Below are positions 1 through 12,664 of a DNA stretch of 64,000 bases, piece by piece; position 1 is the first letter of the stretch, and each line of letters opens with the position of its first letter. The notes under the pieces were generated by a model, which saw only the letters and a list, made by a program, of their open reading frames with translations, was not told where the DNA came from and did not search any database. The stretch is from Chiloscyllium plagiosum (taxonomy: Eukaryota): the NCBI RefSeq assembly GCF_004010195.1, contig NC_057718.1:15039992-15103991 (forward strand), given 5' to 3'. Position numbers and translations under genes: made by a program.

Positions 1-195
1 CAATTAAGAGGGGCAAGGAGCAATATCAGCCAAGGATTAAAGGTTAATGAGACATGGCTGGAAAATGGCTCACTGCTCTTACATTTGCAATTACATTTAT
101 AAAATGTGCCAAATTCCTTTATCATATTAAACTCAACCAAATTCTATAACAATAGGAAACTGAGCCATCAATAGTTGATCTATATATTAACCTAC

Positions 196-303
196 CAGTT
201 TGAAGATTATCCTTGCCACAAGCCTGGTCATATCAGTTGGAACTTTCGGATAGATACTTCGCAAACATTTACATTCACGCTTGTGGTCCAGCCAAGCTAG
301 TTT
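196..303 (-). CDS. SMYD3: SMYD3 coding exon (equivalent to exon 3): end of MYND finger and following segment, KLAWLDHKRECKCLRSIYPKVPTDMTRLVARIIFKL
   Basis: Minus-strand acceptor gtgttttcttttcgctttag and donor CTG|gtaggt. 108 nt, phase 0-0, open frame. Resembles human SMYD3 KKAWPDHKRECKCLKSCKPRYPPDSVRLLGRVVFKL (recalled). Joins in frame to the exon at 37988-38051. Confidence 0.92.
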
Positions 304-424
304 CTAAAGCGAAAAGAAAACACTTTTAACTGAGGATTAACTGGACAAATAATTGCCGATCACTGTAAATCAAACATCGGCAGACAACTCACTACATCCA
401 TATGGAGAAAATCATACTGAGAAT

Positions 425-675
425 TCCTATAGGTGAGTGACACCCAGGTGTGGAAGGATCAGTGGCAAGTAGCAGTCGAGCCACACAAGTGTCAGACAAT
501 GATTATTTCCAACAAGGGAGAATCAACCATTGTCCCCATAATCTTCAATTGGAATGACAAATTTTACCTGAATTACACAATTACTGCTCACCATCACCAT
601 CTCCGGGGCAATCAGTGATGGGAAATAAATGCTGGCCCAACCAGCAACTCCCGTATCTTGTGAATGAATCAAAAG
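425..675 (+). mobile_element. Degraded CR1/L2-group LINE fragment with 3' tail
   Basis: WQVxxxPHKCQTMIISNK-like RT C-terminal peptide, then tail gatgggaaataaatgctggcc...gtgaatgaat shared with other copies in the window. Confidence 0.6.
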
Positions 676-1275
676 AAAATGGTAAGCACGCCCCCATCCC
701 TTTACAGGACTGACTAAAATCATTGGAGAGGAGAGAAAGAGCAGACTAAACTCAAGATAAATAATTTGAAGGGCAAATGTTGGGGGATAGTAGGACTATT
801 CCGAGTTGCTTTTCTCGAGACCTGGCAGTGCCATGATGGATGGAACAAGCTCCATTTGAAAGAAATGTCCTTATTTTAGAGGAGCTTAACATGGTGATCC
901 ATCCCAAAGCATTTCCCAGGAGTGTTACTGAACAAAATTTGACCTAAGGGGGCCTTGGGCAAAGAGGTAGGCTATTGTGAGGGGAGGGCTGGGGGATACT
1001 CAGCAAAGAAATTAAGATGCTGAGTTCCAAGGGTCCCCTCAGTGTGTTAAACAAGTGCAACAGATTCAAACAACATCCAAAATTAAAGGAAATGTGGTAG
1101 AGGGGAAACAGAAACTCTAATGGGGCACTGTAAAATCCTAAGAGAGACAATCACAACATTAAAGCACTAATTAAATTAATAGAGGAAAAGATTACAGCTC
1201 TACGCATGAAAACGTTTGCCAACACAATAAAATCAAAGACAATGGCTGCGGTTGACTGTCAATATATATCCCATC

Positions 1276-1597
1276 ACATAGAGTCATATAGCACGAAAAC
1301 AGACCCTTCAGTCCAACCAGTCCATGCTGAACATAATCCCAAATGAAACCAGTCCCACCTGCTGACTCCTGGCCCATATCCCTCCAAACCTTTCCGGTTC
1401 ATGCACTTATCCAAATGTTTTTTTAAATGTTGTAATTGCGCCCACATCCACCACTTCCTCAGGGAGTTCATTCCACACATGAAAAACTCTATGTAAAAAA
1501 TTTGCTCCTCACATTTTTTTTAAATCTCTCTCCTCTCACCTGAAAAATGTGCCCCCTTGTCTTGAAATTTTTCCATCCTAGGGAAAAGACATCTACC
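1276..1597 (-). mobile_element. CR1/HER1-type LINE 3' fragment
   Basis: Reverse strand reads KTRGHIFQVRGERFKKNVRSKFF..., followed by CR1 3' UTR ending ctatatgactctatg. Confidence 0.85.
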
Positions 1598-2099
1598 ATT
1601 GTTGCACCAAAGCTGCCATAAAACCCACAAGTCTTTAAGAATTGGTTGAAAAAGAGAAAAATGGCAACAAGATGAAGACCTAAAAATAAAACTTGGCGCT
1701 TTACCTGCCTGGTAGACAACACGTTTAGGAAAGACAAATACTGTAAACTGGCAAGTCGATCTGTTTAAACACCAAGAAAGGTAAGGAGACTAAAATAGCA
1801 GCAGGTGGAATGAACTGCAAGTCAACAAACAAAAGAAAGCTGTCAAAAAATTTTAAATTTTAAACAAAGGTGAATTCAATTCCAGAACCACAATTGGGCA
1901 GAAAGAAAATTGGTCAGAAATTCATTCACTTAAATAAAAAAGACTTAAATTCATGCATCTTTCACCACCACTTAAGTACTACACAATTGTTCATGTTTTG
2001 ATTTAGAAAATGCAAATCCTCAGAGCTAAGTGATAGTCTCCTCATTTGATGAATTAGAGGCAATTAGTCCTCCATTTATTCTGGAGAGGAGACATTCCT

Positions 2100-2510
2100 T
2101 AGTAACATGCAGCATTATCACAGGCACAGAAGTACTTTCACAATATGGTCATTGTTAGAATGTAGGCAAGGCAGCAGAAAATCTGCAAACATACAACAAT
2201 GAGACAAGCAACCTCATAATCTGCATCGTTTTAAGGATACCCAGTGATCTTGCACCTAAGAGAGCTAAAAGCATCTCGTTTTTAAGTCTAATTAAAATGA
2301 TACTGCAGCATCCCCTCAATGTGGTTGACTCTTAACTGCCCTTTGGGTATTTAGGAATGGGAAATAATACTGTTCTAACCAATGACACCGTTTCCCATGC
2401 ATAAATAAAATCAAACTACACTGGGATGTTAGCCTAAGTCTTTATGCCGACGGCTCTGAACTTGGACTTAAACACAGCACTTTACGCTGGAGATGTAAGA
2501 CGATGACTGA
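2100..2510 (-). mobile_element. Highly degraded DeuSINE (SacSINE1/AmnSINE1-like), interrupted by a short tail of another SINE/LINE at ~2319-2412
   Basis: Motifs colinear with the better copies at 19970-20278 and 46930-47305. Confidence 0.5.
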
Positions 2511-2884
2511 CATTCACAAATGTTTGTGGATAAGTGTGGACCCTGAAGACAAAAGGCTGATGTCCATCTATCGAAGACAAGGGTCGCATTGAAGAGGCTA
2601 ATGTGTAAGGCTATCAGAGTAACTTGATTCACCATGTACACATAATGCTGGCAGGAGGCCAGGGCAAATGCACCAGAAAAGGTTAAGATGTGCAAGCAAG
2701 TCAGCAGTGAACAATGAGATCAAAGCACGGACAGTCATGAAAGCAGGAGGCCACATGCACCTGGACAAGCCACTCTGGATAGGACAGCACAGGCCGGCCA
2801 TAACCAAAAGGAACTGAAAATAGCAAATGAGTTGGAATACACATGGGTGAAAAGTAGGTATGGGTAGTGCTGACTCTGGGATGT

Positions 2885-3005
2885 AATGATGAGGAGGTGC
2901 CGGTGTTGGACTGGGATGGACAAAGTTAAAAATCACACAACACCAGGTTGTACTCCAACAGGTTTATTTGGAGGTACAATCCTTTTGAGTGCTGCTCCTT
3001 CATCA
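2885..3005 (-). mobile_element. PLE family C terminal repeat (solo, degraded hammerhead)
   Basis: Reverse complement matches 36249-36370 and 57760-57880 (ctgatgaaggagcagcactc...aaataaacctgttgg...gtgtgatttttaactttgt). Confidence 0.75.
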
Positions 3006-3007
3006 GT

Positions 3008-3402
3008 GGATAGTGATGAAGGAGATATTCGTATCATCAATAGTCACAGATGAGGTGCCGGAAGATTGGAGGTTGGCTAACGTGGTGCCACTGTTTAAGA
3101 AAGGTGGTAAGGACAAGCTAGGAAACTATAGACTGGTGAGCCTAATGTCGGTGGTGGGCAAGATGTTGGAGGGAATCCTGAGATAGTCCCACCTGCCAGC
3201 ACCCAGCCCATGTCCCTCCAAACCCTTCCTATTCATACACCCATCCAAATGCCTCTTAAATGTTGCAATTGTACCAGCCTCCACCATATCCTCTGGCAGC
3301 TCATTCCATACACGTATCACCCTCTGCGTGAAAAGGTTGTCCCTTAGGTCTCTTTTATATCTTTCTCCTCTCACCCTAAACCTATGCCCTCTAGTTCTGG
3401 AC
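3008..3402. mobile_element. CR1/HER1 LINE pieces in opposite orientations (+ RT N-terminal 3008-3180; - 3' region 3181-3402)
   Basis: + strand EVPEDWRLANVVPLFKKGGKDKLGNYRLVSL; - strand SRTRGHRFRVRGERYKRDLR...GAGRWD. Confidence 0.85.
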
Positions 3403-4016
3403 ATTATAGAAAGGATTTGGAAGCTTTGGAAAGGGTTCAGAGGAGATTTGCCTGGTATGGAGGGAAAGTATTACGAGGAAAACCTGAGGGACTTGAGGCT
3501 TTTTTTTTAAGAGAGAAGGTTGAGAGGTGATTTAATTGAGACATATAAGATAATCAGACGGTTAGATAGGTTGCACAGTGAGAGCCGTTTTCCTCAGATG
3601 GTGATGGCTAGCACGAGGGGACATGGCTTTAAATTGAGGGGTGATAGATATAGGACAGGTGTCAGAATGTAGTTTCTTTACTCAGACAGTAGTATGGGCG
3701 AGGTTCGCAGTGGCCAAAACAGTAGTAGACTCACCAAAGTTAAGGGTATGTAAATGGTCGTTGGACAGGCATATAGACAAGAATAGGGCTTTTGCCTGAA
3801 ACGTCGATTCTCCTGTTCCCTGGATGCTGCCTGACCTGCTGCACTGTTCCAACAACACATTTTCACCTCTGATCTCCAGCATCTGCAGACCTCACTTTCT
3901 CCTCCACATAGACAAGAATAGTTTAGTGCAGGTTAGATGGGCTTCCGGTGGTTTCACACATCGGCACAACTTCGAGGGCCGAAGGGCCTGTACTGCGCTG
4001 TAATGTTCTATGTTCT
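3403..4016 (+). mobile_element. CR1 LINE 3' fragment (second subfamily) interrupted by a PLE mini-element
   Basis: ERVQRR...GDLIETYKIIR...STRGHGFKLRG-like coding remnant and tail taatgttctatgttct. Confidence 0.8.
3787..3907 (+). mobile_element. PLE family B solo terminal repeat with 14-bp TSD
   Basis: Same sequence as the 3' end of the GIY-YIG element at 60864-61005. TSD atagacaagaatag at 3773-3786 and 3908-3921. Confidence 0.85.
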
Positions 4017-4424
4017 GACGAAGGAGCAGCACCTGGTGTTTGTGTAATTTTTAACTCTGGGATATAAGGCAGACTCCAGAACATGAACAGAGGCAGTGGG
4101 TGCAGCCAAAATGAAGACGGACGAACTTACCTCAGTAAATGTGGAAGGCAGCCAAAATAGGAGGGCCTGGAGCATTGACAGAGTTATGAAATAAAATACA
4201 GTCCAATCCAATAATTCAAGCTCCAGCCAAACATGCCCGGTTGTGGTTCTGGTTTCCAATATATGAATACAGCTCTGTGAGAAAATCTATGACCAACATC
4301 ATTCAAGTCATTTTGAACAACAACCATTTTATGCAGAATGACAGCTTATTGTTAAATAATTTCTTCTGTTACTTCTGGCAGCAAGTTTCTAGCTGGGGGA
4401 AACATTCAAGATGGCAACACAGTT

Positions 4425-5390
4425 TTATTCTTTCACGGGATATAGGATGTTGTTGCCTATTTTCATGTTCTCCGGAGATGGTGGTGCTGAGCTGCTTTCT
4501 TGAACTGCTGAAATTCACGTGATGTAGTTATACACACACATTCTAGGATCATGATCTAGCAACACTGAAGGAATTGCAATGTATTTCTGAGTCAGACTGG
4601 AGTGCAACTTGAAAAGGAACTTGCAGATCGTGGTGTTCCCAAGTATCTGTCACTCTTGGCCTTGGTAGAGGCCAGGGGTTTGCAAGGTGCTTTCAAAGGA
4701 GTTTTGATGAGTTGCCACAATGTAATTGTTAATGGTACATACTGCTGCCTGAGTGCCTTGTTTAAGAGGATGGAGGTTTAAGGTCACGCATGGGGTAATG
4801 ACCATGTGAAATGCTTTGTATTGGAATGTGTTGGGCTTCAAATGTTGTTGAAGTTGCAGTCACCCACACAAATAGAGAACATTCCATTACACCCCTGACC
4901 TCAGCTGGCAGATGCTGAGCAAACCACAGGAGTAAAAAGTAGGCTACTGGCTTCAGAATTTCATGTGTTTGACCTATTCTTGCAGCCACAGTATTTATAT
5001 GACTGGCCAGTTAATCAATGGTAACGCGGAGCATGTTGACAGCACAGGTCTCAGCACTGGTAATGCCACTGAATCTCAACAGGGAGTTAGCTAGATTTTC
5101 TCTTGTTGGAGATGGCCATTGCCAGGCACTTGGTGCTACTTGCCACTAATCAGCCCAAGCCTGACTGTTATCCAGGTCTTGCTGCAGATGAACATGGATT
5201 AATTAAGTGTCTGAAGAGTCCCGAACGGTACTGCAAAACTGTGTAAACAACAGCTACAATCCCACTTCTGACTTTATGTTGGAGTTAAGATCATTGATGA
5301 AGCAGCTGAAGGTGACCAGGCCCAAGGAACTCCTGTGGCAATGTCCTGAGGGTAAGATGGTTGATTTCCAACAACTACTGCCATCGTTTT
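4425..5390 (-). mobile_element. Degraded CR1/L2-group LINE (non-HER1 family), RT C-terminus plus 3' UTR
   Basis: Reverse complement is colinear with 52075-52735 and 10295-10830 (cagctgcttcatcaatgatctt..., tggcaagta..., 3' UTR). Confidence 0.7.
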
Positions 5391-5755
5391 GTCTTGTACT
5401 CATCAGGACCAATTGCAAAATTCTTCAAAGGGAAAAAAACATCATACAGTATGAAAGAATAGCGCTGATTGGCTGGCAAGTGGACTCTGATTGGTAGAGG
5501 CATTGCCTTGGAGAAAGCATCAGTTAAATAATGAGTGACAGCTAACTACCAAGCTTTGATTAAATTTTAAAAGAGGCATTTTGATTCTGATTGGTCAAGA
5601 CATTATCCTGTGAAATGAACAAGAGATGGCTATCACCTAATTATCTGAATTAAAATAACTGCCCTCTCTGTATGTGTTCTGTCTGAAAAGAAACAGGGTC
5701 CTGTGTATTATTACACAGCTTCCAGTGTATGCACGTGCACCACACCGTAAGATCA

Positions 5756-6081
5756 AGATTAGATTAGATTAGATTAGATTACTTTACAGTGTGGAAACAG
5801 GCCCTTCGGCCCAACAAGTCCACACCGACCCGCCGAAGCGTAACCCACCCATACCCCTCCATTTACCCCTTACCCAACACTACGGGCAATTTAGCATGGC
5901 CAATTCACCTGACCTGCACATCTTTGGACTGTGGGAGGAAACCGGAGCACCCGGAGGAAACCCACGCAGACACGGGGAGAACGTGCAAACTCCACACAGT
6001 CAGTCGCCTGAGGCGGGAATTGAACCCGGATCTCTGGCGCTGCGAGGCAGCAGTGCTAACCACTGTGCCACCGTGCCGCCC
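5756..6081 (-). mobile_element. HE1-type tRNA-derived V-SINE, full length
   Basis: Reverse: GGGCGGCACGGTGGCACAGTGGTTAGCACTGCTGCC (A box)...GGGTTCAATTCC (B box), V-domain GTGGAGTTTGCACGTTCTCCCCGTGTCTGCGTGGGTTTCC, (AATCT)n tail. Confidence 0.92.
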
Positions 6082-7199
6082 ATCAACTGACAACCCCATT
6101 CGTTGTCAGCATAACTTCACACATTAGAATTATTTCGCAAAAAGAAAATCCTCAAAATCCATTGCTTGGACCATTGTTTCAGTCACCAACCTAAAACTCT
6201 TCTATCCTAGAAATTCAAGTGCACAGGGACATGTCATTAAATTAAAATACATAACATATAAATGCCAGTTTCTATTAAACATTTGGTACATGCTTGTGTA
6301 AAGAGAATGTAAAAGAATTGAGCACTCGAAGCATACGATGACACAGTGCCATCAAACATTGTGCTCAGGAATTAACTAAACAAACACAAAAGCTCATCCA
6401 GAAAATCAATCACTTTTAGAGCATCTGTTCAGTCGCACAGCATAGGCTATGAGATACTTAGCCAAGCACTAAACCAAAGCTGCCCTTTCACATTCAGAAG
6501 ATGTAGTAATATCACAACCAGTTGTATGGAATTGCAGTTATCACAAAATCAATGGTCATTTTAAGGCAGTTGTCAAAAAATGGGCCGAATCACTGGAAAA
6601 AGCTGGAGTTAACCTTCGAACCAGTCACCTTGGTTCCAAAAAAACTAGATTACAATTCAGGCTTGTTTAAACAGGCCTTGTGCTTCGCTTTTTAAAAGCA
6701 GACAAGTCATAACTGTCGAACCTAAACCACAGGATGACAATGTAGACTGCAAAACATCTATCCTGATCCAAGTCAATTATAGTTTTTGCAGATAATCCAA
6801 TATTTTTGCCAAGTTACTAAGTGGACGTATCCACTTTCTGGGAGAGGCACCAACACTTAATGACCTGACTCATGCTCTGACACTTGATGCCTCCTTTACT
6901 TCCCGTCATTCATAACATTGCCCATCGTAATAAAAACATGTATACTTCAAGTCTCAAAGGGACACAGATTGTTTCAAAGTATTTTTAAAAAATAAAAAGC
7001 AGAGATCAATGATGGCTTTGTCTGCTAATTTTTCTGGCCTTATTCTTCAGTGACGACAACCTTACGTTTGAACTTGGTCTAAGTGGTACTTGCTGGCTTC
7101 CATATTGGCTAGCCATTCCCAATCTCTCCAATTCTGCAGAAACCTAGTCTTTCCATGAATGCTGCCAGGACCAAACCTATTTGACAATTTGTACCTGGT

Positions 7200-7980
7200 C
7201 AGCCAAATACTGCACCCCTCATGTAAGCATTGACCACTGACACCTTGAACAATGAGATCTACAACCTGATCACCTGTGTCAGTTCAACATTCTACAAACC
7301 AGTGTTTGATAACAAAGACCTTTGCAAGTTAACAAAAGGCTTAGTGTATAGAGTAGCTGTTGTCACTACACTCCTATACTGCAGCAAGGGCTGAGTTATA
7401 TATAGCAACACATAAAAGCAGAGAAGAAATTCCATCAGCAATGCATTCGCTCCATTCTCAGAGTTCAAATCAGTGGAACATAAAAAAAGGTTGAAGCCTT
7501 TCTTGAAGACAACTCTGTGCATATTCAGTCAAAATTCCTGTAAAACAATGGATTGTACATACTTTACAGCCATCTGGACACAGTCTGCCTTGTTAGATCC
7601 TGTTTTCTCAAATTCAAAATGACCACTATTCCAGGAGTGGAGAAAGAAAACACAGCAAAACATTCACAAGCACTCCTTGTAGGCAACAACGTTGACATTA
7701 AAGCTGAGAGGGGCTTTCTGCCAATGTTCAGAATGGCAACAACTTGCCCAGAGCTGCTCCACACATTATTTCCTAATATCTTAATGATGAGGCAGAATGT
7801 TGGCAGAGATGGAGAGAAAAGACACCAAATCCTGCTCACCGGGTCCTATTACCTCAAGAGACATCCTGCCCAATGTGCCCTCAAATCTGCAGGTCAAGAA
7901 ATGTCCTATGAAGACCCACAACAGAAACTCACAACCATGAGTAGACATCACCTTCAATTTGGGGGACAATTGATGATATT
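7200..7980 (+). mobile_element. Ancient RTE-clade LINE 3' fragment
   Basis: Frameshifted remnants TKGLVYRVAVVTTLLYCS..., KFHQQCIRSILRV and CPMCPQICRSR are typical of the RTE ORF C-terminus. Confidence 0.7.
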
Positions 7981-8029
7981 TCAGAAAAGAACTTATCCTC
8001 AGCCAATCAGATATAGAAAAAGTGGCGTC

Positions 8030-8370
8030 CACAGTTTCAGGACATCTCAAAGCACTTTACAGTAAATGAAATAGATATCTATAAAACACAATCATGTTGC
8101 ATTATGGGAAGTGCAGCAGCCTTTCATGTCCTCAGGAAATAGCAATGTGACAATGACCAGATAAGTGTCTTCTCTTTTAAAGTGTTGTTGGTTGATAGAC
8201 AATTATTGACCAGCACTCTGGGGAGAACACTCCTGCTCTTCCTCGAAAAGGTTCCATGAGATCTATAGTACTTTTGTTAACACGAGACAGAAAAGAGGGC
8301 CTCGATTCCATCAGCAAAACAATGGCACCTTTGACAATATAGCATTGAAGTCTTAGATTGGATTTTCATT
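8030..8370 (-). mobile_element. Degraded DeuSINE-like SINE
   Basis: aatagcaatgtgacaatgaccagataa...ggggagaacactcctgctcttcctcgaaaaggttccatgagatc...ggcacctttgacaa, the reverse of the Deu domain. Confidence 0.65.
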
Positions 8371-9878
8371 CTCATGGTACTTGTTTCTCCTTGGACAGTT
8401 CATTAAAAGTAATGAGATGCTTCGGTAGGGTCTCTCCCTGCTGTGGGGCCAATCAGCTAGACTCAATGACAGGGAATAGCTTCACTCTAAACAAAACGCT
8501 TGCACCTTAAAACCAGATCAAGGACCAGCTTTGGGCGACTGGATTTTCTGTGTCATCAGCTGGCAAGTCTTACTGGGCAGGTGATAAATCAGTATTCTGG
8601 GTCAGGCCGCAGTGAAGAAGCTCTCCAGACAGGTTAGCATCCTCTACTGAGCTGCACTGAGAAATATGGGGACATTGCATAGAATCAACATTGTACCAGA
8701 AGTGGCCAATCAAACAATGCAGTCCAACTGCCATATCCCATCATCCTCTTTTGCCTCTTCACTTTAACTCTGAGTTCTGCTGTCTCCTCTCATCACCCTC
8801 ATGTTCATTCTCCACACAAGTCAGCTTCCAACCTCATCAGCATAGCCTTATTATTATTCTATTTTAATGTCTCTCAACTAGACCTTGTGCTAGTGAGCTC
8901 CACACATTCATAAATCTGGAATACTCCAGTTCAAGGGCCTGTGTGCAGAGGGAGTGAAATCCCCCACCTCCCTCACATACTTCTCTTTTCATGAAGCTGT
9001 CCTACCCGATGTCACCACTCTCACATCCACTTTCCCAAAGCACTCAGACTTTGTATGAAATGCTGAAAGTGTGAAGCATTGCTCCATTGTTTCAAACTAG
9101 GCACTGCCCTGCAACAAGATGCCTTTCAGTCTCACCCACTCCCTAAACTTGATTATCTTTGCTGTCCTATTTAACTTGCGTTGTCGTCTTCTCTCAGCAC
9201 CCATACAAAGTTTTAAAAAATCAATGTCTACTTGACTATAATTAGGAAGAAATAACAACACTTGATGGCACCCCTGCACACTGAGATCATGTTTGGCACT
9301 GCTCTGAATCCGACTTAAATCCATATTTATTAAGCAGCTTACTCAGCAGTTTCTCATCTCTGGAAGGACACGCACTGTTATGGTGTGAAAAACTGCAGCA
9401 TGTTTATACTAGTCTCACCTTTATAAATAACTCTTCCTGTAATTATTCAGCATGTCTTTTATCCAACATATTAATCTTGCTCATAAACAAATGCAAGCAA
9501 TACAACAGTGTGTTCAAATAAACTATCACAGTTGTTAAATAGCTAACTAAACCAGTCCAACAAATCTGTGCTATTCTTGGCTAGACAATACAAAACTAAT
9601 CTCACTGGGTCAATTTCTCCCCTCTGTCTCATTCTGTTTCATATAGTTAGCAATTTTCCTTTTAACACACACCAGTTTCTACCTCAACCCCTCCCTGTGA
9701 CTAAGCAATATGTTCCAACAACCCTAAACGTGAAGGAATTCCTCCTAACTTGCCTGACAAGTTAATCACTTGGAGAAGTCTTCTTACCACCAATCCCCTA
9801 GACAGAAATAACAGCATTTTCAAACTCCACCATGTTGTAAACCTTACGTTTTAACGACCTCTATTAAAGTTTCTTGAA

Positions 9879-9972
9879 TGGAAATGTGTTGCTGGAAAAG
9901 CGCAGCAGGTCAGGCAGCATCTAGGGAACAGGAGAATCGACGTTTCGGGCATTAGCCCTTCTTCAGGAAATC
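9879..9972 (-). mobile_element. PLE family B mini-element with intact hammerhead core, flanked by agtttcttgaa repeats
   Basis: Matches the family B terminal repeat. Direct repeat agtttcttgaa at 9868-9878, 9973-9983 and 9983-9993. Confidence 0.85.
9936..9969 (-). ncRNA. Minimal type I hammerhead ribozyme motif (PLE family B)
   Basis: Reverse: ttc-CTGAAGA-A-GGGC-taat-GCCC-GAAAC-GTC-gat. Confidence 0.7.
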
Positions 9973-10294
9973 AGTTTCTTGAAGTTTCTTGAAACCTATT
10001 TTGCTGTTGTGGAAAGATGGGCAGAAATCTTGGTCCCAGTATTTTCAATGCTTCCCCTCCTGAAACTGTCCAGGTGAATCAACACCATATTGTGTGGCTT
10101 TCGTGCCCCATCTATAACAGAGCCTCAAACTACTGATCAGACTAATTGCAGCCTCAGCAGAGTTATCTACGAATTTATCATTCCTTCCTTACTCCAATTT
10201 CAATGCTTCTGACAACCAAAATGTTCTTTGATCAGTTGTGAACTGATAATTGACACTTCTAGAATGACATGAATTGAGCATTTGGATCTCTTCT

Positions 10295-10830
10295 TTTATT
10301 TGTTCACAAAACTTTGAGTGGCCTTTGGACAGTCTTTATTGCCCATGCCTTGTTGCCCTTAAGAAGGCAGTGGTGTGCTACCTTTTTGAAACACTGTGGT
10401 CTATTTGGTGTAAATACAGCAGTGCTCTCAGGAAGGGAATTTCAAGACTTTGACGCAGCAACACTGAAGGAACAGCGATAGAGTTCCAAGTCAGGAAGGT
10501 GGGTGGATTGATGGGGAATGTACAGGTGTTGGTTTTCTCATGCATCTGCTGTCCTCCTGGATGGTAAGAAATCCAAGTTTGGAAAGTGCTGTCATAAGGG
10601 AACTCAGTGAGTTGCTGCAGTGTATCTTGTAAATGTTATACACTGCTGTCGCTATGCACCAGTGGTTAATGGAGTTAATGATGGTGGTGGTGAATGGGAT
10701 GCCAATCAAGCAGATGGTTTTGTCTTAGATGTTGTGGAGCTACTAGTGCTGTTGGAGCTGCATTCATCCAGACAAGTGGAGAATACTCTACCACATTCCT
10801 GATTTGTGCCTTGTAGATGGTGAAACGCTT
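10295..10830 (-). mobile_element. CR1/L2-group LINE 3' fragment (non-HER1 family)
   Basis: Reverse FTIYKAQIRNVVEYSPLVWMNAAPT... plus 3' UTR as at 4425-4900. Confidence 0.75.
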
Positions 10831-12664
10831 CTGGGAAATGTTTGCTACATCCAGTTGATAGAACACATATTTTTGCCAAAATGCATTGTATTTCCCAATG
10901 TGAAACTGTATCTTATTCTCCATTCTGCACTTTGACAATGCCTACTGGAACTTTTAAAGAAATATAAATTAAACTAGTTTCAAAATTTCTGACTCCTTCC
11001 ACCTTCAGTAAAGTTCCAGCTAATTGTATTTGTGAACCTTCCATGTGGCAAAGGAAGCATTAAAGAGTTACAGAGCAGAAGAAATAATTGGTTCTTGTAT
11101 CTGAAACTCAGCCTCAGGATCAAATGAATACCACCCATTTAATACGAGGGGTCATGGAGCAGAGGTAGTTAAAAACAGCCAGAAATTTGCAGCCCGATTC
11201 TAACCACACAATCCACCTTCATAAAACTCAGCACAGCTCACACACAAAATCAGCTGGATTGGTGCCAGACCACAGGGATTTCATTGCTCTGTTTCCTGAG
11301 CCAATCATCCAAAATGTGAAACAGACTTGATATTTTCAAAAATAGCCAAGCAATGATTCAAAAGAAAAAGTGTATCAAAATGCACAGAAGATTAGAAACA
11401 TTCAAAGCAGGAGGAAAGATTCAGATTAGAAAACGAAGCAGCTAGACTGAAGGAGCAGTGTCGAATCAGTTTATAAATCTTTGATGTCTACAAAACATGG
11501 AACAGTGTGTGTAAATGGTAAAACATGGGTGTATAAGTACACTAAAACATGCCAATAGTCTTTAAATAATGATAATAAAATGGGACACTGCTCCACCTAG
11601 GAGGGCCTGTTTCGGTTTTAAGTATGGAGGTAAAGCAAAAGATACCCTGGCCTCTGTCTTCTGTCCCCTTCACCATTCCAATAAAGCTCCGTAGTAAGGC
11701 AAGAAACAGTACTTCATTTATCAACTGGCTACTCTTACAACTTCCTGGCCTCAATGTTGATTTCAATGCTACATTATTATAACACAAGGACAGACAGTCA
11801 AATCAAATCAGTCTCCCTGTGCCTGTATTTACAACACTGTAAAATTAAAACATTCAATGACCCCCAAAATTGACCCCAATGATTCCTAACCAGACTTTTT
11901 GAATAAACAAAATGAGACACCAAGTTTATAGCTTAAACAAAAGCATTAACTTATAATTAATACAGCAACTTTAACAGATCAAAGTTAAACAAGGTAACCA
12001 AATTAATGTGAATAATTCAAACTTAATCTTTTTTGACTCTAGCCCCCACTCTCTAATATACAAACGACAGACACAGTTAAAGGATGAATTCAAGAAAACC
12101 AGAAGATATGCAACTTGAGCAGTTTCCACGATGCATGGTAATGCAGGCAAATGAGATTATAGCTTGGTTGATACCTGAAGACAATGGATAATGTAAATAG
12201 TTTCTAATCAGCTCCGAGGAATGTTCATTTAATTCTTACAACTGAGATTCTATTCTTTGGACTTTCAGTAAGTTGATAATGGGAGGATTACTGGAGAGTA
12301 ATCAAATCTCTGTTCTGTATCTTTGGTAACCATAATATGACAGATTTTTTTAAAAAGTTCAAACTTTGATTTTTCTTTCTGCTTTTCTTCAACTTTCTCT
12401 TTCTTGACACCAGCCTCCATGGATGGCCCCTGTTAACATCCAAACCCTGCCAACACTTGAGCATGTTTCTCCAGAACTGAAACATCTACAGCGTTCTTTA
12501 AGCAAGAATCAACCTGCCTAGGTACTATAAACAAATATTATCTTGCTATTTTCTCAAAAAAAACTGTTGCTCACAGTCCAAAGATCACTTTCAATTCTCA
12601 GCTCACAGTTTCACAAAACGGATTTTAAAAAAGAAGAAACACGTAGAGAGTACTAACAGATTAG

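Noticed and set aside
5756..6081. tRNA genes suggested by A/B boxes (also 14449, 28731, 48597, 56464, 58225)
   Set aside because: These are SINE heads continuing into V-domain or other SINE bodies and LINE-like tails, with no complete cloverleaf.
7553..8065. 170-aa plus-strand ORF
   Set aside because: Overlaps a decayed RTE 3' end in a shifted frame and has no recognisable domain or splice context.
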